Shown here in pieces: positions 28,592 through 37,247 of a stretch of 64,000 nucleotides of DNA. Source of the stretch: an uncultured Candidatus Saccharibacteria bacterium (GTDB lineage: Bacteria > Patescibacteriota > Minisyncoccia > Phycocordibacterales > UBA9973); assembly GCA_964532495.1 (NCBI GenBank), contig CAZHJZ010000004.1:4123-68122 (forward strand). Reading direction: 5' to 3'. The position numbers were made by a program, and so were the translations under genes. Within the stretch, counting starts at the first letter, position 1; each line of letters starts with the position of its first letter. A model generated the notes under the pieces. The model was given only the letters and a program-made list of their open reading frames with translations, made no database searches and had not been told where the DNA came from.

Positions 28592-29476
28592 ATGCACGAC
28601 GCAATTAAAAAACTCATCTTAGAAAATGAAAAGGATACTCGGGTTGCTCTGACCAAACAGTATCCTTTTCTTGTTATTCCCGTACTAGAAACAAAGCGAT
28701 TGATCAATAAACTGCGATACAATCTATCAAGCAGGTTCGATCTCAAACATTCGGACCCAGAACAAACCACGGCTTGGTTTAACATGACCGAACACTCTTC
28801 CCCGCTCTACCGTAAATACAACAAGCGCGAACTCGACGATGGCAAGATATTAAATATACAAAAAGCTATTCATTCGCTTGATGGCTTGGTGCTCGAACCA
28901 GGGCAGATTTTTTCGTTCTGGAAATTCGTCGGAAGAACTGGAGAGAAAAACGGCTTCTCGAGAGGCCTCGTATTATCAGATGGTAAATTGCTTGAGGATT
29001 TTGGTGGCGGGCTTTGCCAGCTTTCAAACCTCATTGCGTACATGTTTGCCTGTACAGAATGTACGTTTATTGAACGCAGGCACCATTCTCGTGACGTATT
29101 CCCTGACAGCAACAGAAGCGTCCCTTTTGCGAGCGGTGCTACCGTGTTTTACAATCTCATAGATCTTAAAGTACAAAATACCTACTCCTTCCCCATTCGC
29201 ATCAATCTTCGAACAACCGACACCCAACTTCGGGGCTCGCTTTCGGCGCCGCACCAGCTCGACTATTCTGTATCGCTGCAAGAACGCGATGCTGGATTTA
29301 TCAAATCGAAAAATTCCGGCAGCACCTATCGATACAACAAATTAGTGCGCGTATTTTACAAAAAAGGACTTCCTGATGGCAAAAAAGAAATCCTTCGAGA
29401 AGAGCCATTATGGGAAAATCTCGCTATAGTCATGTACCCTGATAGCCAGATCACGAGCCCCATCGAAACCACATAA
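28592..29476 (+). CDS. VanW family protein
   Basis: FSFWKFVGRTGEKNGFSRGL...DFGGGLCQLSNLIAYMF...ERRHHS matches the VanW core (GGG[VIL]CQ[VL]S). The ATG lies 9 nt after tRNA-Leu(TAG). Confidence 0.7.
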   Translation: MHDAIKKLILENEKDTRVALTKQYPFLVIPVLETKRLINKLRYNLSSRFDLKHSDPEQTTAWFNMTEHSSPLYRKYNKRELDDGKILNIQKAIHSLDGLVLEPGQIFSFWKFVGRTGEKNGFSRGLVLSDGKLLEDFGGGLCQLSNLIAYMFACTECTFIERRHHSRDVFPDSNRSVPFASGATVFYNLIDLKVQNTYSFPIRINLRTTDTQLRGSLSAPHQLDYSVSLQERDAGFIKSKNSGSTYRYNKLVRVFYKKGLPDGKKEILREEPLWENLAIVMYPDSQITSPIETT

Positions 29477-29545
29477 AACCCGTTCGATATTGAGTTTTTA
29501 GGATTTTAGTGTATACTTAGAAACGTTTTAGAAGAAAACAGACCA

Positions 29546-29618
29546 GCACCCGTAGCTCAGATGGTAGAGCAGCTCCCTTTTAAGGAGATGGTCGGAGGTT
29601 CGATCCCTCCCGGGCGCA
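29546..29618 (+). tRNA. tRNA-Lys(TTT)
   Basis: Anticodon loop CTTTTAA and T-arm GGAGG-TTCGATC-CCTCC. The acceptor has one A-C mismatch. Confidence 0.75.
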
Positions 29619-29770
29619 CACCCTGTGTGCGCAGCACACATACTAAATTGCGCGCCCGGAGCACTGTGCCTGCGCACAGTGCGTGAGGGATCGAAAGGGA
29701 TTTCGATGTCGCCGCTCTGGGCGACCGAAATCCACCCGCGGCGGTAGCCGAGATCCCTCTTAGGGAATAT
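29619..29770 (+). ncRNA. candidate structured RNA (GC-rich multi-hairpin element) co-transcribed after tRNA-Lys
   Basis: Three consecutive GC-rich hairpins: TGTGTGC-gca-GCACACA, GCACTGTGC-ctgc-GCACAGTGC and GAGGGATC...[GGATTTCG(at)GTCGCC-gctctg-GGCGAC-CGAAATCC]...GATCCCTC. An intrinsic terminator follows at 29800-29821. Confidence 0.3.
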
Positions 29771-29799
29771 GTCAATTTATACTTTATATCTCCAAATCC

Positions 29800-29821
29800 C
29801 CCTTACCCCATAAGGGTTTTT
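29800..29821 (+). terminator. rho-independent terminator
   Basis: ccctta-cccca-taaggg followed by ttttta. Confidence 0.5.
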
Positions 29822-29836
29822 ATCTATCCTCCTTAC

Positions 29837-29865
29837 TTGACTTTTCTACCAATATGGTGTATAAT
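29837..29865 (+). promoter_or_regulatory. strong sigma70 promoter
   Basis: TTGACT (29837-29842), a 17-nt spacer, then TATAAT (29860-29865). A leader hairpin AGGTGATT...AATCACCT follows. Confidence 0.55.
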
Positions 29866-29974
29866 GTATACAAGATCCTTAAGAACTGTTAGCTAGGTGA
29901 TTTGTGGGCAGAACAACTCGTTATGCCTAGTAATCACCTATTCCTAACTTAAATAAAACAAAAAAAACACGCAT

Positions 29975-30421
29975 ATGTCAGCACCAGCAGCAGCGGCAGA
30001 TCCGCACGCAAAAAAAGAACATCAAGACCCTAACCCAAAAACTACAATACTTAGACCATTAATGATATTGGTATCTATAGGTTTGTTGATATGGGCAGTT
30101 ACTGGAGGTTCTTCTAGTAACACCACCGGCACTATCAGTACTAATGGCAATACAACAATTATTGTTAAAGATTTATTACGGTATACGGAAACTGCAACAG
30201 TGACTATATCGCAAAGTACTACATTCAATTATACAGGTACAGATCACTTCTATACTTGCAGCAACGGCCGTGCACGTGTCACTACCGAAAAAAACACAAC
30301 CGGAATACTAAACGGTTGCGAATTTGAAGATAGAGATGTTAGCAGCCTTGACGACACCAGAATCTGGCGCATAGAGCCACTTTCAGGAACAGTAACCATT
30401 ACCTTAACTAAAAAAAACTAG
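29975..30421 (+). CDS. hypothetical secreted/membrane-anchored protein
   Basis: One N-terminal TM helix (LMILVSIGLLIWAV) and a Thr/Asn-rich linker. Confidence 0.35.
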   Translation: MSAPAAAADPHAKKEHQDPNPKTTILRPLMILVSIGLLIWAVTGGSSSNTTGTISTNGNTTIIVKDLLRYTETATVTISQSTTFNYTGTDHFYTCSNGRARVTTEKNTTGILNGCEFEDRDVSSLDDTRIWRIEPLSGTVTITLTKKN

Positions 30422-30425
30422 TGCG

Positions 30426-31457
30426 ATGAGCCACCAAGAACACAATCCCGACAAAATTGAAAACAAGGTTAGCGAATTTTTTAGCGGACTAAACGAATAC
30501 GTTCTTTCCGCCCTAAACATACTTGTTTCATTACTTTACTTCAACAATGTGTTAGCTTTGGCTGTACACTTCCTTCTTAACGCGGGCATTGCATATTTTT
30601 TTGCAACTTGGTTTGCCTCGTTATTGCATATTCCGCTTATGGAATCAATACCTGGACGACTGATACTTGTTGTACTTCAAATCGGCACGATATACCGCTC
30701 GTACGAAACCTGCATTACGGTGCCTACATACCATGGATATTTACTCCGAGTATTCGGAATAAATACCCACCTTACATTAAGAAGTGGTACTTGGCCCATG
30801 TTCCTCCACCCGCTATTCAGTATTGAGGCGCATGAGGTAGTAGATCAGCAATACAAGGCTGGCACGGTACCTCCAACAGTTATATCTGATAAGTCTAACT
30901 ACACATTCATAGTAGAGGGATTGATCCCATACCATGTAACAGAAGAAGACTCATCAGTGTTCACTAAGTCGGATGAAAAGGACATATTAAAGATGATTAA
31001 CCTGCGTGCAGTAAATGCCGCTATAAGCATCTTTAATCGAAACGAATACATCACCACCACCCCCGAAGAAAGCGAGATTCACAATATGGCTGAATTCAAC
31101 GAGTTCGTTTACTACGAAATCGGAACTGAAGCATTAAAGGAACGTGGAGTAACGGTGGATACGCCGATACTGACCTATGTGCTAACCGAAGCTACGAAGA
31201 ATGATTTCTCTCAAAAAACCAAAGCCCTTAACACGGTACTGGCAAATAAGAGCGTTGTTCTTGGACAAGCAAATGCACTAGTAGTGTACAAGCAACTTCT
31301 ACAAGATGCCGGTATGAAAATTTCCGACAGCGAAGCTGAACTCGCAGTTCAAAAAGCAATCAATGGCGTAAACATTTACGACTTTGGCGGCAAGGGCGGC
31401 GACGGAGGGGCAATCAAGCTACTCAACATAACGGCTGAAGGCTCATCTAAAAAATAG
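30426..31457 (+). CDS. hypothetical membrane protein
   Basis: Two or three N-terminal TM helices and a 250-aa domain of unknown function. Confidence 0.35.
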   Translation: MSHQEHNPDKIENKVSEFFSGLNEYVLSALNILVSLLYFNNVLALAVHFLLNAGIAYFFATWFASLLHIPLMESIPGRLILVVLQIGTIYRSYETCITVPTYHGYLLRVFGINTHLTLRSGTWPMFLHPLFSIEAHEVVDQQYKAGTVPPTVISDKSNYTFIVEGLIPYHVTEEDSSVFTKSDEKDILKMINLRAVNAAISIFNRNEYITTTPEESEIHNMAEFNEFVYYEIGTEALKERGVTVDTPILTYVLTEATKNDFSQKTKALNTVLANKSVVLGQANALVVYKQLLQDAGMKISDSEAELAVQKAINGVNIYDFGGKGGDGGAIKLLNITAEGSSKK

Positions 31458-31568
31458 CCAACGGCACTAGAAGATACACGAAGAAATAAACAGAAATAAA
31501 CACCAATGCACCAGCCTCAAAAGCTGGTGTATTTTTTTATCTCCAATGTAAATAATGAAAACAAAAAA

Positions 31569-31594
31569 CCACCCTCTCTCAGGGTGGTTTTTTG
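31569..31594. terminator. bidirectional rho-independent terminator
   Basis: ccaccct-ctctc-agggtgg with a T-run on the 3' side and an A-run on the 5' side. Flanked by convergent genes. Confidence 0.6.
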
Positions 31595-31599
31595 TATAT

Positions 31600-31926
31600 C
31601 TAGTGTGGAAACGTGATCGTTGTACCTGGCGGGCCTTGTATGCCGAAGGTGTTAACGATGAGGCGCATGATACCGAATACTGAGACCATGATCACCAATC
31701 CTATGAGACCCCAGAGAAGGTGCTGCTTGCCGCTGGCAATTGATTTCTCTTCCCCGCTGCCTTGGTTCATAAGAAACTCTACTGCTCCCCAGATAAACAC
31801 GAGGAGGGCGAGAGACATCATGAACACGATGATCGGATCAATGATCTGAGTATTGAGGCGATAGATAAGCGTATCTATGCTTATCGCGTACGCACTATGA
31901 ATGCCGGTAAACCACCACGTAAACAT
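31600..31926 (-). CDS. small membrane protein, TrbC/VirB2-like two-helix module (paralog 1)
   Basis: IVFMMSLALLVFIWGAVEFLMNQGSGEEKSIASGKQHLLWGLIGLVIMVSVFGIMRLIVNTF. Confidence 0.4.
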   Translation of the reverse strand: MFTWWFTGIHSAYAISIDTLIYRLNTQIIDPIIVFMMSLALLVFIWGAVEFLMNQGSGEEKSIASGKQHLLWGLIGLVIMVSVFGIMRLIVNTFGIQGPPGTTITFPH

Positions 31927-31932
31927 AGTATT

Positions 31933-32313
31933 TTACTGACAACCAGGAGTGGTAACATCGTTGTCGATGACACAAGGAATCTGGTTCTGGTTAAGCTGTC
32001 CACCGCCGATACCGAGAGTTGACTGGAGGAATCCAACAAGACCCCAGATCGAAACGATAACGAAGAGACCAATAATACCGTAGAGGATGACCATCTTTGC
32101 CTTTCCACGTTCTTCTTCGTTTGACTTAGTAACAAAACTAACGACACCATATGAAACATACAACACGCCGAGGATGATCAAGATCGGCATCAAGTATCCG
32201 AGTACTTTCTGCACGATGTTCAACAACGCGAACAGCTGAGTTGCATTTTGAGCAAATGCGACAGCCGGTGTGAACGCAAGAGCGACTAGTCCTATCTTCT
32301 TCAAATTCTTCAT
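31933..32313 (-). CDS. small secreted membrane protein, TrbC/VirB2-like module (paralog 2)
   Basis: Signal peptide, then ILIILGVLYVSYGVVSFVTKSNEEERGKAKMVILYGIIGLFVIVSIWGLVGFL. Confidence 0.4.
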   Translation of the reverse strand: MKNLKKIGLVALAFTPAVAFAQNATQLFALLNIVQKVLGYLMPILIILGVLYVSYGVVSFVTKSNEEERGKAKMVILYGIIGLFVIVSIWGLVGFLQSTLGIGGGQLNQNQIPCVIDNDVTTPGCQ

Positions 32314-32404
32314 AATTGTGTATGTAAACTACTAATAATTACTAACCTAATAACATGCATATAGTATATCATACCCTGCCCCGTAAAAGGCAAGCGCTGC
32401 CTGT

Positions 32405-33388
32405 TTAAAATCCAAAGAGTGTTCGCGTGAATCCAACGAGACCCCAGACTGAAACAATGACAAACATGATAAGCACTCCCCACAACATAACTTGTTTGGA
32501 CTTCTTGCGCTCTTCCACTGAATCTGATGAGAGCACGTATTGAACGACTCCCCAGATGAAGTAGACCATGGCAAAGCTAAGTGCAATTGAAACGAGGAAG
32601 CGGTTGATAATGCAGGAAGCGGCGATGAATATATCGGCGAATTTTTTGATACTTACCGAACAGCCTGTCTTGTCGATATTTTGATTGGCTGTTTTGCCGG
32701 CATTATATAGATCGGCGTTGAGATCGGTATATGATTTATTTGGATCATAAATATCAAAACCGATCTTACTATTTGCATTCTGAGCAGCAGTAGAGGCCTT
32801 TGTATTGCCAGCCTGTGCCTGCGAACTGATCCATTGGTTGTAAATAGAAGGATTTGGAAGTGAGTTGTTCAAATACAATCCATTATAGTTTGCCGCACCG
32901 GCATCGTATGATCCGGAACTGTATGCGTTGCTATTGCTCTCTGATGTTCCATTATAAATACCTGGTGCTTGGTTTGCCGCGTCAAAATTCACATTGAAGC
33001 TGTCGATACCTCCTTGGTTTGTGGCTGCATCGCTGCTCGCCTGCGTGCCGTTGAAAACTGTAGAGTTCTGATTTGAGGCGCTTGTATTATTGCTTGTGTT
33101 AGCGGCACTGCCCTGGTTTACTGATGCGTCGCTATTGGCTTGAGTGCCATCGTGTATGCTTGTATTGTCAGCAGCACCTTGGTTCTGAGCACTTGTATTC
33201 GTATCTGATGTACCAGTATAGATATCGGAGTTCTGGTTAGTTGCATTGTTATTTACTTGAGTATTATCATTTGCTCCCTGAGTCTGCGAACTGCCGTTTG
33301 GATCATAGTATTGAGCAAAAGCTCCGCTTGGTACAACCAAGGCGACCAATATCAGTGCTGCTATTATTTTGTGGCTGATGTGGTTCAT
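32405..33388 (-). CDS. secreted N/T/Q/S-rich low-complexity protein with C-terminal TrbC/VirB2-like module (paralog 3)
   Basis: Signal peptide, a ~200-aa Asn/Thr/Gln-rich region, then FLVSIALSFAMVYFIWGVVQYVLSSDSVEERKKSKQVMLWGVLIMFVIVSVWGLVGF. Confidence 0.4.
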   Translation of the reverse strand: MNHISHKIIAALILVALVVPSGAFAQYYDPNGSSQTQGANDNTQVNNNATNQNSDIYTGTSDTNTSAQNQGAADNTSIHDGTQANSDASVNQGSAANTSNNTSASNQNSTVFNGTQASSDAATNQGGIDSFNVNFDAANQAPGIYNGTSESNSNAYSSGSYDAGAANYNGLYLNNSLPNPSIYNQWISSQAQAGNTKASTAAQNANSKIGFDIYDPNKSYTDLNADLYNAGKTANQNIDKTGCSVSIKKFADIFIAASCIINRFLVSIALSFAMVYFIWGVVQYVLSSDSVEERKKSKQVMLWGVLIMFVIVSVWGLVGFTRTLFGF

Positions 33389-33390
33389 AG

Positions 33391-34059
33391 TTATGCCATG
33401 AGGGCTTCAATAGTTGCCTTAATAACAGTGGCGATCATCCATGCGCCCAAGAGAATACCTGCACCGATCAATGTATATAAAAATCGCGTCTTTGCCTTTT
33501 CCAGCTTCTCGCTGTTTCCTCGCGCAAGAACAAACATGAGACCGGAATAAATAATGAATGCGGCAACGATTGGAATAGCGATCTTGAGAATAAGACCGAG
33601 AACTGAAGCAATGAAAGATCCGAAGTCTGAAACATTGATAGGATTTTGAATCTTGCCAACGCCGTTCATTGCGGCCAAACTATTTCCATTCCCATTTCCA
33701 CCAGGAGCTGGAGCCACTCCACCGGGAGCAGGAGCAATGCCTCCTGGCGCTGGAGCTGCGTTAAAATTATTCACCTGCATCTGAGAAGCTGCTGACGGTG
33801 TGGGATTTGTATTGAGCGAAGTACTATGACTATTGGTAGATGTCTGAGATCCGGCAGGAGCTTGCGTGCCATTCAACGGAGCAGCAGGACCTGCGCCGGG
33901 AGCAGTTGTTACAGGAGTAGCTGTGTTGTTGGTCGGCTGTGCCGTATGGACTGTCGTAGTATTGACTGCGGGAAATCCGTTCTGAGCAAAAACAGTAATA
34001 CCAACAGCAGAAACTGCGACAAATGCGATACTGATAATTAAATAGTGAATTTTTTTCAT
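33391..34059 (-). CDS. secreted Pro/Gly/Ala-rich protein with C-terminal TrbC/VirB2-like module (paralog 4)
   Basis: Signal peptide, APAPGG repeats, then IAIPIVAAFIIYSGLMFVLARGNSEKLEKAKTRFLYTLIGAGILLGAWMIATVI. Confidence 0.4.
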   Translation of the reverse strand: MKKIHYLIISIAFVAVSAVGITVFAQNGFPAVNTTTVHTAQPTNNTATPVTTAPGAGPAAPLNGTQAPAGSQTSTNSHSTSLNTNPTPSAASQMQVNNFNAAPAPGGIAPAPGGVAPAPGGNGNGNSLAAMNGVGKIQNPINVSDFGSFIASVLGLILKIAIPIVAAFIIYSGLMFVLARGNSEKLEKAKTRFLYTLIGAGILLGAWMIATVIKATIEALMA

Positions 34060-34074
34060 AGGATAATGGTTAAC

Positions 34075-35289
34075 TTACAAGAAACTACTATATTCGCCGG
34101 TGACGCCAAACGCTGCTAATATTGTTTTAACTACCAATACTGCGATAAGAATAATGATTACTCCAATTGCTACGTTTATAAAAATGCCTTTTGCCTTTCC
34201 TCGCGCTTCCTCGCTTGCACCATTAGTAAGGAAGAGAAATCCTGCATATGCAAACATGCCAGCACCAATAGGAATGGTCATATAAATAATCCAGGTCATT
34301 CCTCTATTGATGAGAACAACAATCTCAGGCCACCCGCAACGAGATTGACTTGAACGCCCATCGCAAGGAACGAGTCCGCCTGAAAGATCTGGTGCTTTGT
34401 CAAAAAGGGCTTTTATTCCTCCTGCATTTTTTGGAGCAACAGTAACTACGGGAGCACCTCCCTGGGATCCACTGCTCGAAGAAGAACCGAAGTTCCCGAA
34501 AGCGTAGAGATTTAGCTCGGTATCGGTCAAATCATACCGTATGGTTGCAAGGTCAATAATAGATCCAGTTGTATCAACCACTAGCCCAGAGCTATTGGTA
34601 GGTACGGTAAATGAAAGTGTCTGTGGTGCACTAGCATCATATTGTCGTGTGCCGAAGTTTTGAATTTCTTCTCCATAGAGCGAGTTTGCACTACTGGTGT
34701 AGCTAAATACAAAATTCACATCGTCGTCATGTGTAGGATTGCCACTGATTGTAAACGTTACTGTCATCCCATCTGAACTTATCGCCTTAGAAACTGTCAA
34801 TCCATTCACCACCATGCCGGAAGGACCGCCTGCAATACCAGCGGGGGTAGTGAAACTGCCAGTATAGTAAGCAAGCCCATTCGTATCTTCGATAGAGTAG
34901 CCATATTGTGTTGCGGGCAAAATACCGACACTGTTGTACGGAACATCAAACTCCATTCGAGTCTGGGTGTTTGGAATGGTATTGTCTGCACGAATAGCCA
35001 AGGTGCCAAGTTGATGTCTCTCTGTTGGATCTGACACTGGCCACCAAAATCCTTGGAATGTAATCTGGTCAGGAGATGATCCAATTGCATAAAACTTGTA
35101 GATGAAATCTGTATTTGCTTGAGCTGGTGTTCCTCCTGGTCCGTCTGGAGTAACAATAACCAAGTTCCCTGTTTGAGCATGCGAGCTGCTAACCAGTCCG
35201 AACATAGCAACAAAAACAATCGCAAGAATTGTTGCAACAATCAAACGCTGTTTCTTTGAAAAAATAGTAGTGAATATGTGCGCCTTCAT
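34075..35289 (-). CDS. secreted protein with large N-terminal beta-rich domain, CxxxxxxxC motif and C-terminal TrbC/VirB2-like module (paralog 5)
   Basis: CDGRSSQSRCGW, then IIYMTIPIGAGMFAYAGFLFLTNGASEEARGKAKGIFINVAIGVIIILIAVLVV. Confidence 0.4.
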   Translation of the reverse strand: MKAHIFTTIFSKKQRLIVATILAIVFVAMFGLVSSSHAQTGNLVIVTPDGPGGTPAQANTDFIYKFYAIGSSPDQITFQGFWWPVSDPTERHQLGTLAIRADNTIPNTQTRMEFDVPYNSVGILPATQYGYSIEDTNGLAYYTGSFTTPAGIAGGPSGMVVNGLTVSKAISSDGMTVTFTISGNPTHDDDVNFVFSYTSSANSLYGEEIQNFGTRQYDASAPQTLSFTVPTNSSGLVVDTTGSIIDLATIRYDLTDTELNLYAFGNFGSSSSSGSQGGAPVVTVAPKNAGGIKALFDKAPDLSGGLVPCDGRSSQSRCGWPEIVVLINRGMTWIIYMTIPIGAGMFAYAGFLFLTNGASEEARGKAKGIFINVAIGVIIILIAVLVVKTILAAFGVTGEYSSFL

Positions 35290-35329
35290 GTATCTCTATA
35301 GTACCGCGAAGAGCGGTCGTTAACAAGCG

Positions 35330-36670
35330 TTAATAACCGAATATGACCGAAAATTTACTTTGTGCATCACTTACCGCCTGTGTGGCATTCGTAGCACCGC
35401 GGACCACATTATCCACTAGAGAATTGAATATTGGATCAGTCAGATCCGCACCTGGATCATACCAACCGCGAGAAATAATAGCCGAGGAATAGAGCACTGG
35501 TCCAAACAGTATTTGCGGCACTTGAGCAAGAAGATCACGTCTAGCTGGTGCAACTGGCGATACAGGTATGAGAGCGCCAATAAGTTTTGCTGAAAATTCC
35601 ACGCCGGTTAAATCAGAAGCAATATAGAGCGCTGCGTCGCGATTCTTGCTTGCCTTTACTATTGCCAATGCCTGGATTTTACCAAAAGTCATTTGCACTC
35701 CGGTTGTGCCAGACTGCGGAACTTTTGAAATATCGAAATTCAAGTTTGGGTTTTGAGCTACTATCATTGGAAGCTCGCTTGCGTATCCGATGTAGAATGC
35801 AAGTTGACCGCTTATGAATTGCGTACGTGCATTCGTAAATGAACGATTCCAAGTATAAGTATCTTTAGTAGGATCAACGAATTGCGTAAAGAATTTAACC
35901 ACTGCCTCTGCTGGCGGAGCAACCTGCGAGCTTGCTGTCTGCTGAGTAGCGCTGATGCCAATCACTGGCAAAAACTTATCTGCTTGTCGGGTAACAATGC
36001 CATTTCCAGCTTGGAATAAAAGCATTGAAAGCACATCGCGAGCATGATTAAGGTTGCTATAGATACCGAATGGAACGGCGCTTTGAACGATATTCGAATT
36101 TCCGTCACGCTTGGTAAGAAGCGGGGTCTTTTCAGTCAGTTCATTCCATGTTTTTGGCGGAGTAGTAAATCCACCTGCTTCAAGGAGATCACGGTTGTAG
36201 TACATGATCAAAGGATCGATGGTCAGCGGCAAGCCAACAATACCCTGTGTAAGCATGAACATTTCCCCTTCTCCTGCAAATGTAGATCTGAATGTTGCTT
36301 CTGAGACAGTAGTATATGGAATAGCATAGAGCTTAGATTGATTCTTCAGAATCTGATCCTGACTCAATACTACAAGATCAGGTCCTGTGCCAGAAGCAAT
36401 TGCTTCTGCGAGCTTGCTATTGAGATCGCCTGCCTGAATCGGAACATAGGTAATCGAATATCCTGCTTTTTGATGAGCAGCATTATATTCGCTCACCAAT
36501 TTATTCATTACATCTTGCGGATAAGTACCCCACAGTGTTACCTGCCCTCCAACTGCCTGTTGGCTCTGTGCACCGCCTCCTCCGATTACTCCAGTAAATA
36601 CGAGGAGTGCGAGAATGATAAAAACAACAAAGAAAATGATGACGCCAATTTGAAACGGTGATGCTTTCAT
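35330..36670 (-). CDS. extracellular solute-binding protein (ABC-type, family 1-like), orphan
   Basis: Signal anchor followed by a periplasmic-binding fold (GDLNSKLAEAIASGTGPDLVVLSQDQI, NRDLLEAGG). Confidence 0.5.
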   Translation of the reverse strand: MKASPFQIGVIIFFVVFIILALLVFTGVIGGGGAQSQQAVGGQVTLWGTYPQDVMNKLVSEYNAAHQKAGYSITYVPIQAGDLNSKLAEAIASGTGPDLVVLSQDQILKNQSKLYAIPYTTVSEATFRSTFAGEGEMFMLTQGIVGLPLTIDPLIMYYNRDLLEAGGFTTPPKTWNELTEKTPLLTKRDGNSNIVQSAVPFGIYSNLNHARDVLSMLLFQAGNGIVTRQADKFLPVIGISATQQTASSQVAPPAEAVVKFFTQFVDPTKDTYTWNRSFTNARTQFISGQLAFYIGYASELPMIVAQNPNLNFDISKVPQSGTTGVQMTFGKIQALAIVKASKNRDAALYIASDLTGVEFSAKLIGALIPVSPVAPARRDLLAQVPQILFGPVLYSSAIISRGWYDPGADLTDPIFNSLVDNVVRGATNATQAVSDAQSKFSVIFGY

Positions 36671-36673
36671 ATG

Positions 36674-37201
36674 CTAACTCTTTTTGAAAATAATCCCATA
36701 ATGGTGCGCTCCTGCTTCAAATGTTTTTTCTACGGCAAAACCGAATTGCGCAAATAATTCTTTTGCTTTCGCTTCAGTAATCACATGATCGGGATGAGGC
36801 CCCATGCCCCCGAATGCATCGCTCCAGTCGACAAAATACGCAAGACCGCCCGGCTTCAATATGCGAGCAAGCTCGGTAAGAAACGCCGGGCGGTCTTCTG
36901 TTATAAACAAGACATTTGAAACGATAGCGCCGTCCATAGACCTGTCGGCAAGCTTGGTGCCCCCAACTTTTTCAATATTTGACCAGACGTATTGGATGTT
37001 AGTTATGTGTTCTTGCGCAGCGTCATTTTTGATGCGAGTCAAAAGATCCTTTTGTACTTCACAAGCATAAACCATGCCGTTTGGAGAAACGGCTTTTGCT
37101 GCAGGAAAAGTATACGCGCCACTTCCCGCACCGAGGTCTGCAATATGCATACCAGAAGTAAGTCCGAACTGTTGCACGTTTGATGAAGGGTCTGCGAACA
37201 T
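36674..37201 (-). CDS. class I SAM-dependent methyltransferase
   Basis: Motif I IADLGAGSGAYTF and motif post-I YACEVQ. Confidence 0.65.
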   Translation of the reverse strand: MFADPSSNVQQFGLTSGMHIADLGAGSGAYTFPAAKAVSPNGMVYACEVQKDLLTRIKNDAAQEHITNIQYVWSNIEKVGGTKLADRSMDGAIVSNVLFITEDRPAFLTELARILKPGGLAYFVDWSDAFGGMGPHPDHVITEAKAKELFAQFGFAVEKTFEAGAHHYGIIFKKS

Positions 37202-37247
37202 GTATATATAGTATAGCAGGAAAAAATAAAAGATGTCGAATTAATGC

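Noticed and set aside
29557-29775. 72-aa minus-strand ORF
   Set aside because: Antisense translation of tRNA-Lys (GGIEPPT motif) and of the GC-rich hairpin region. Not a gene.
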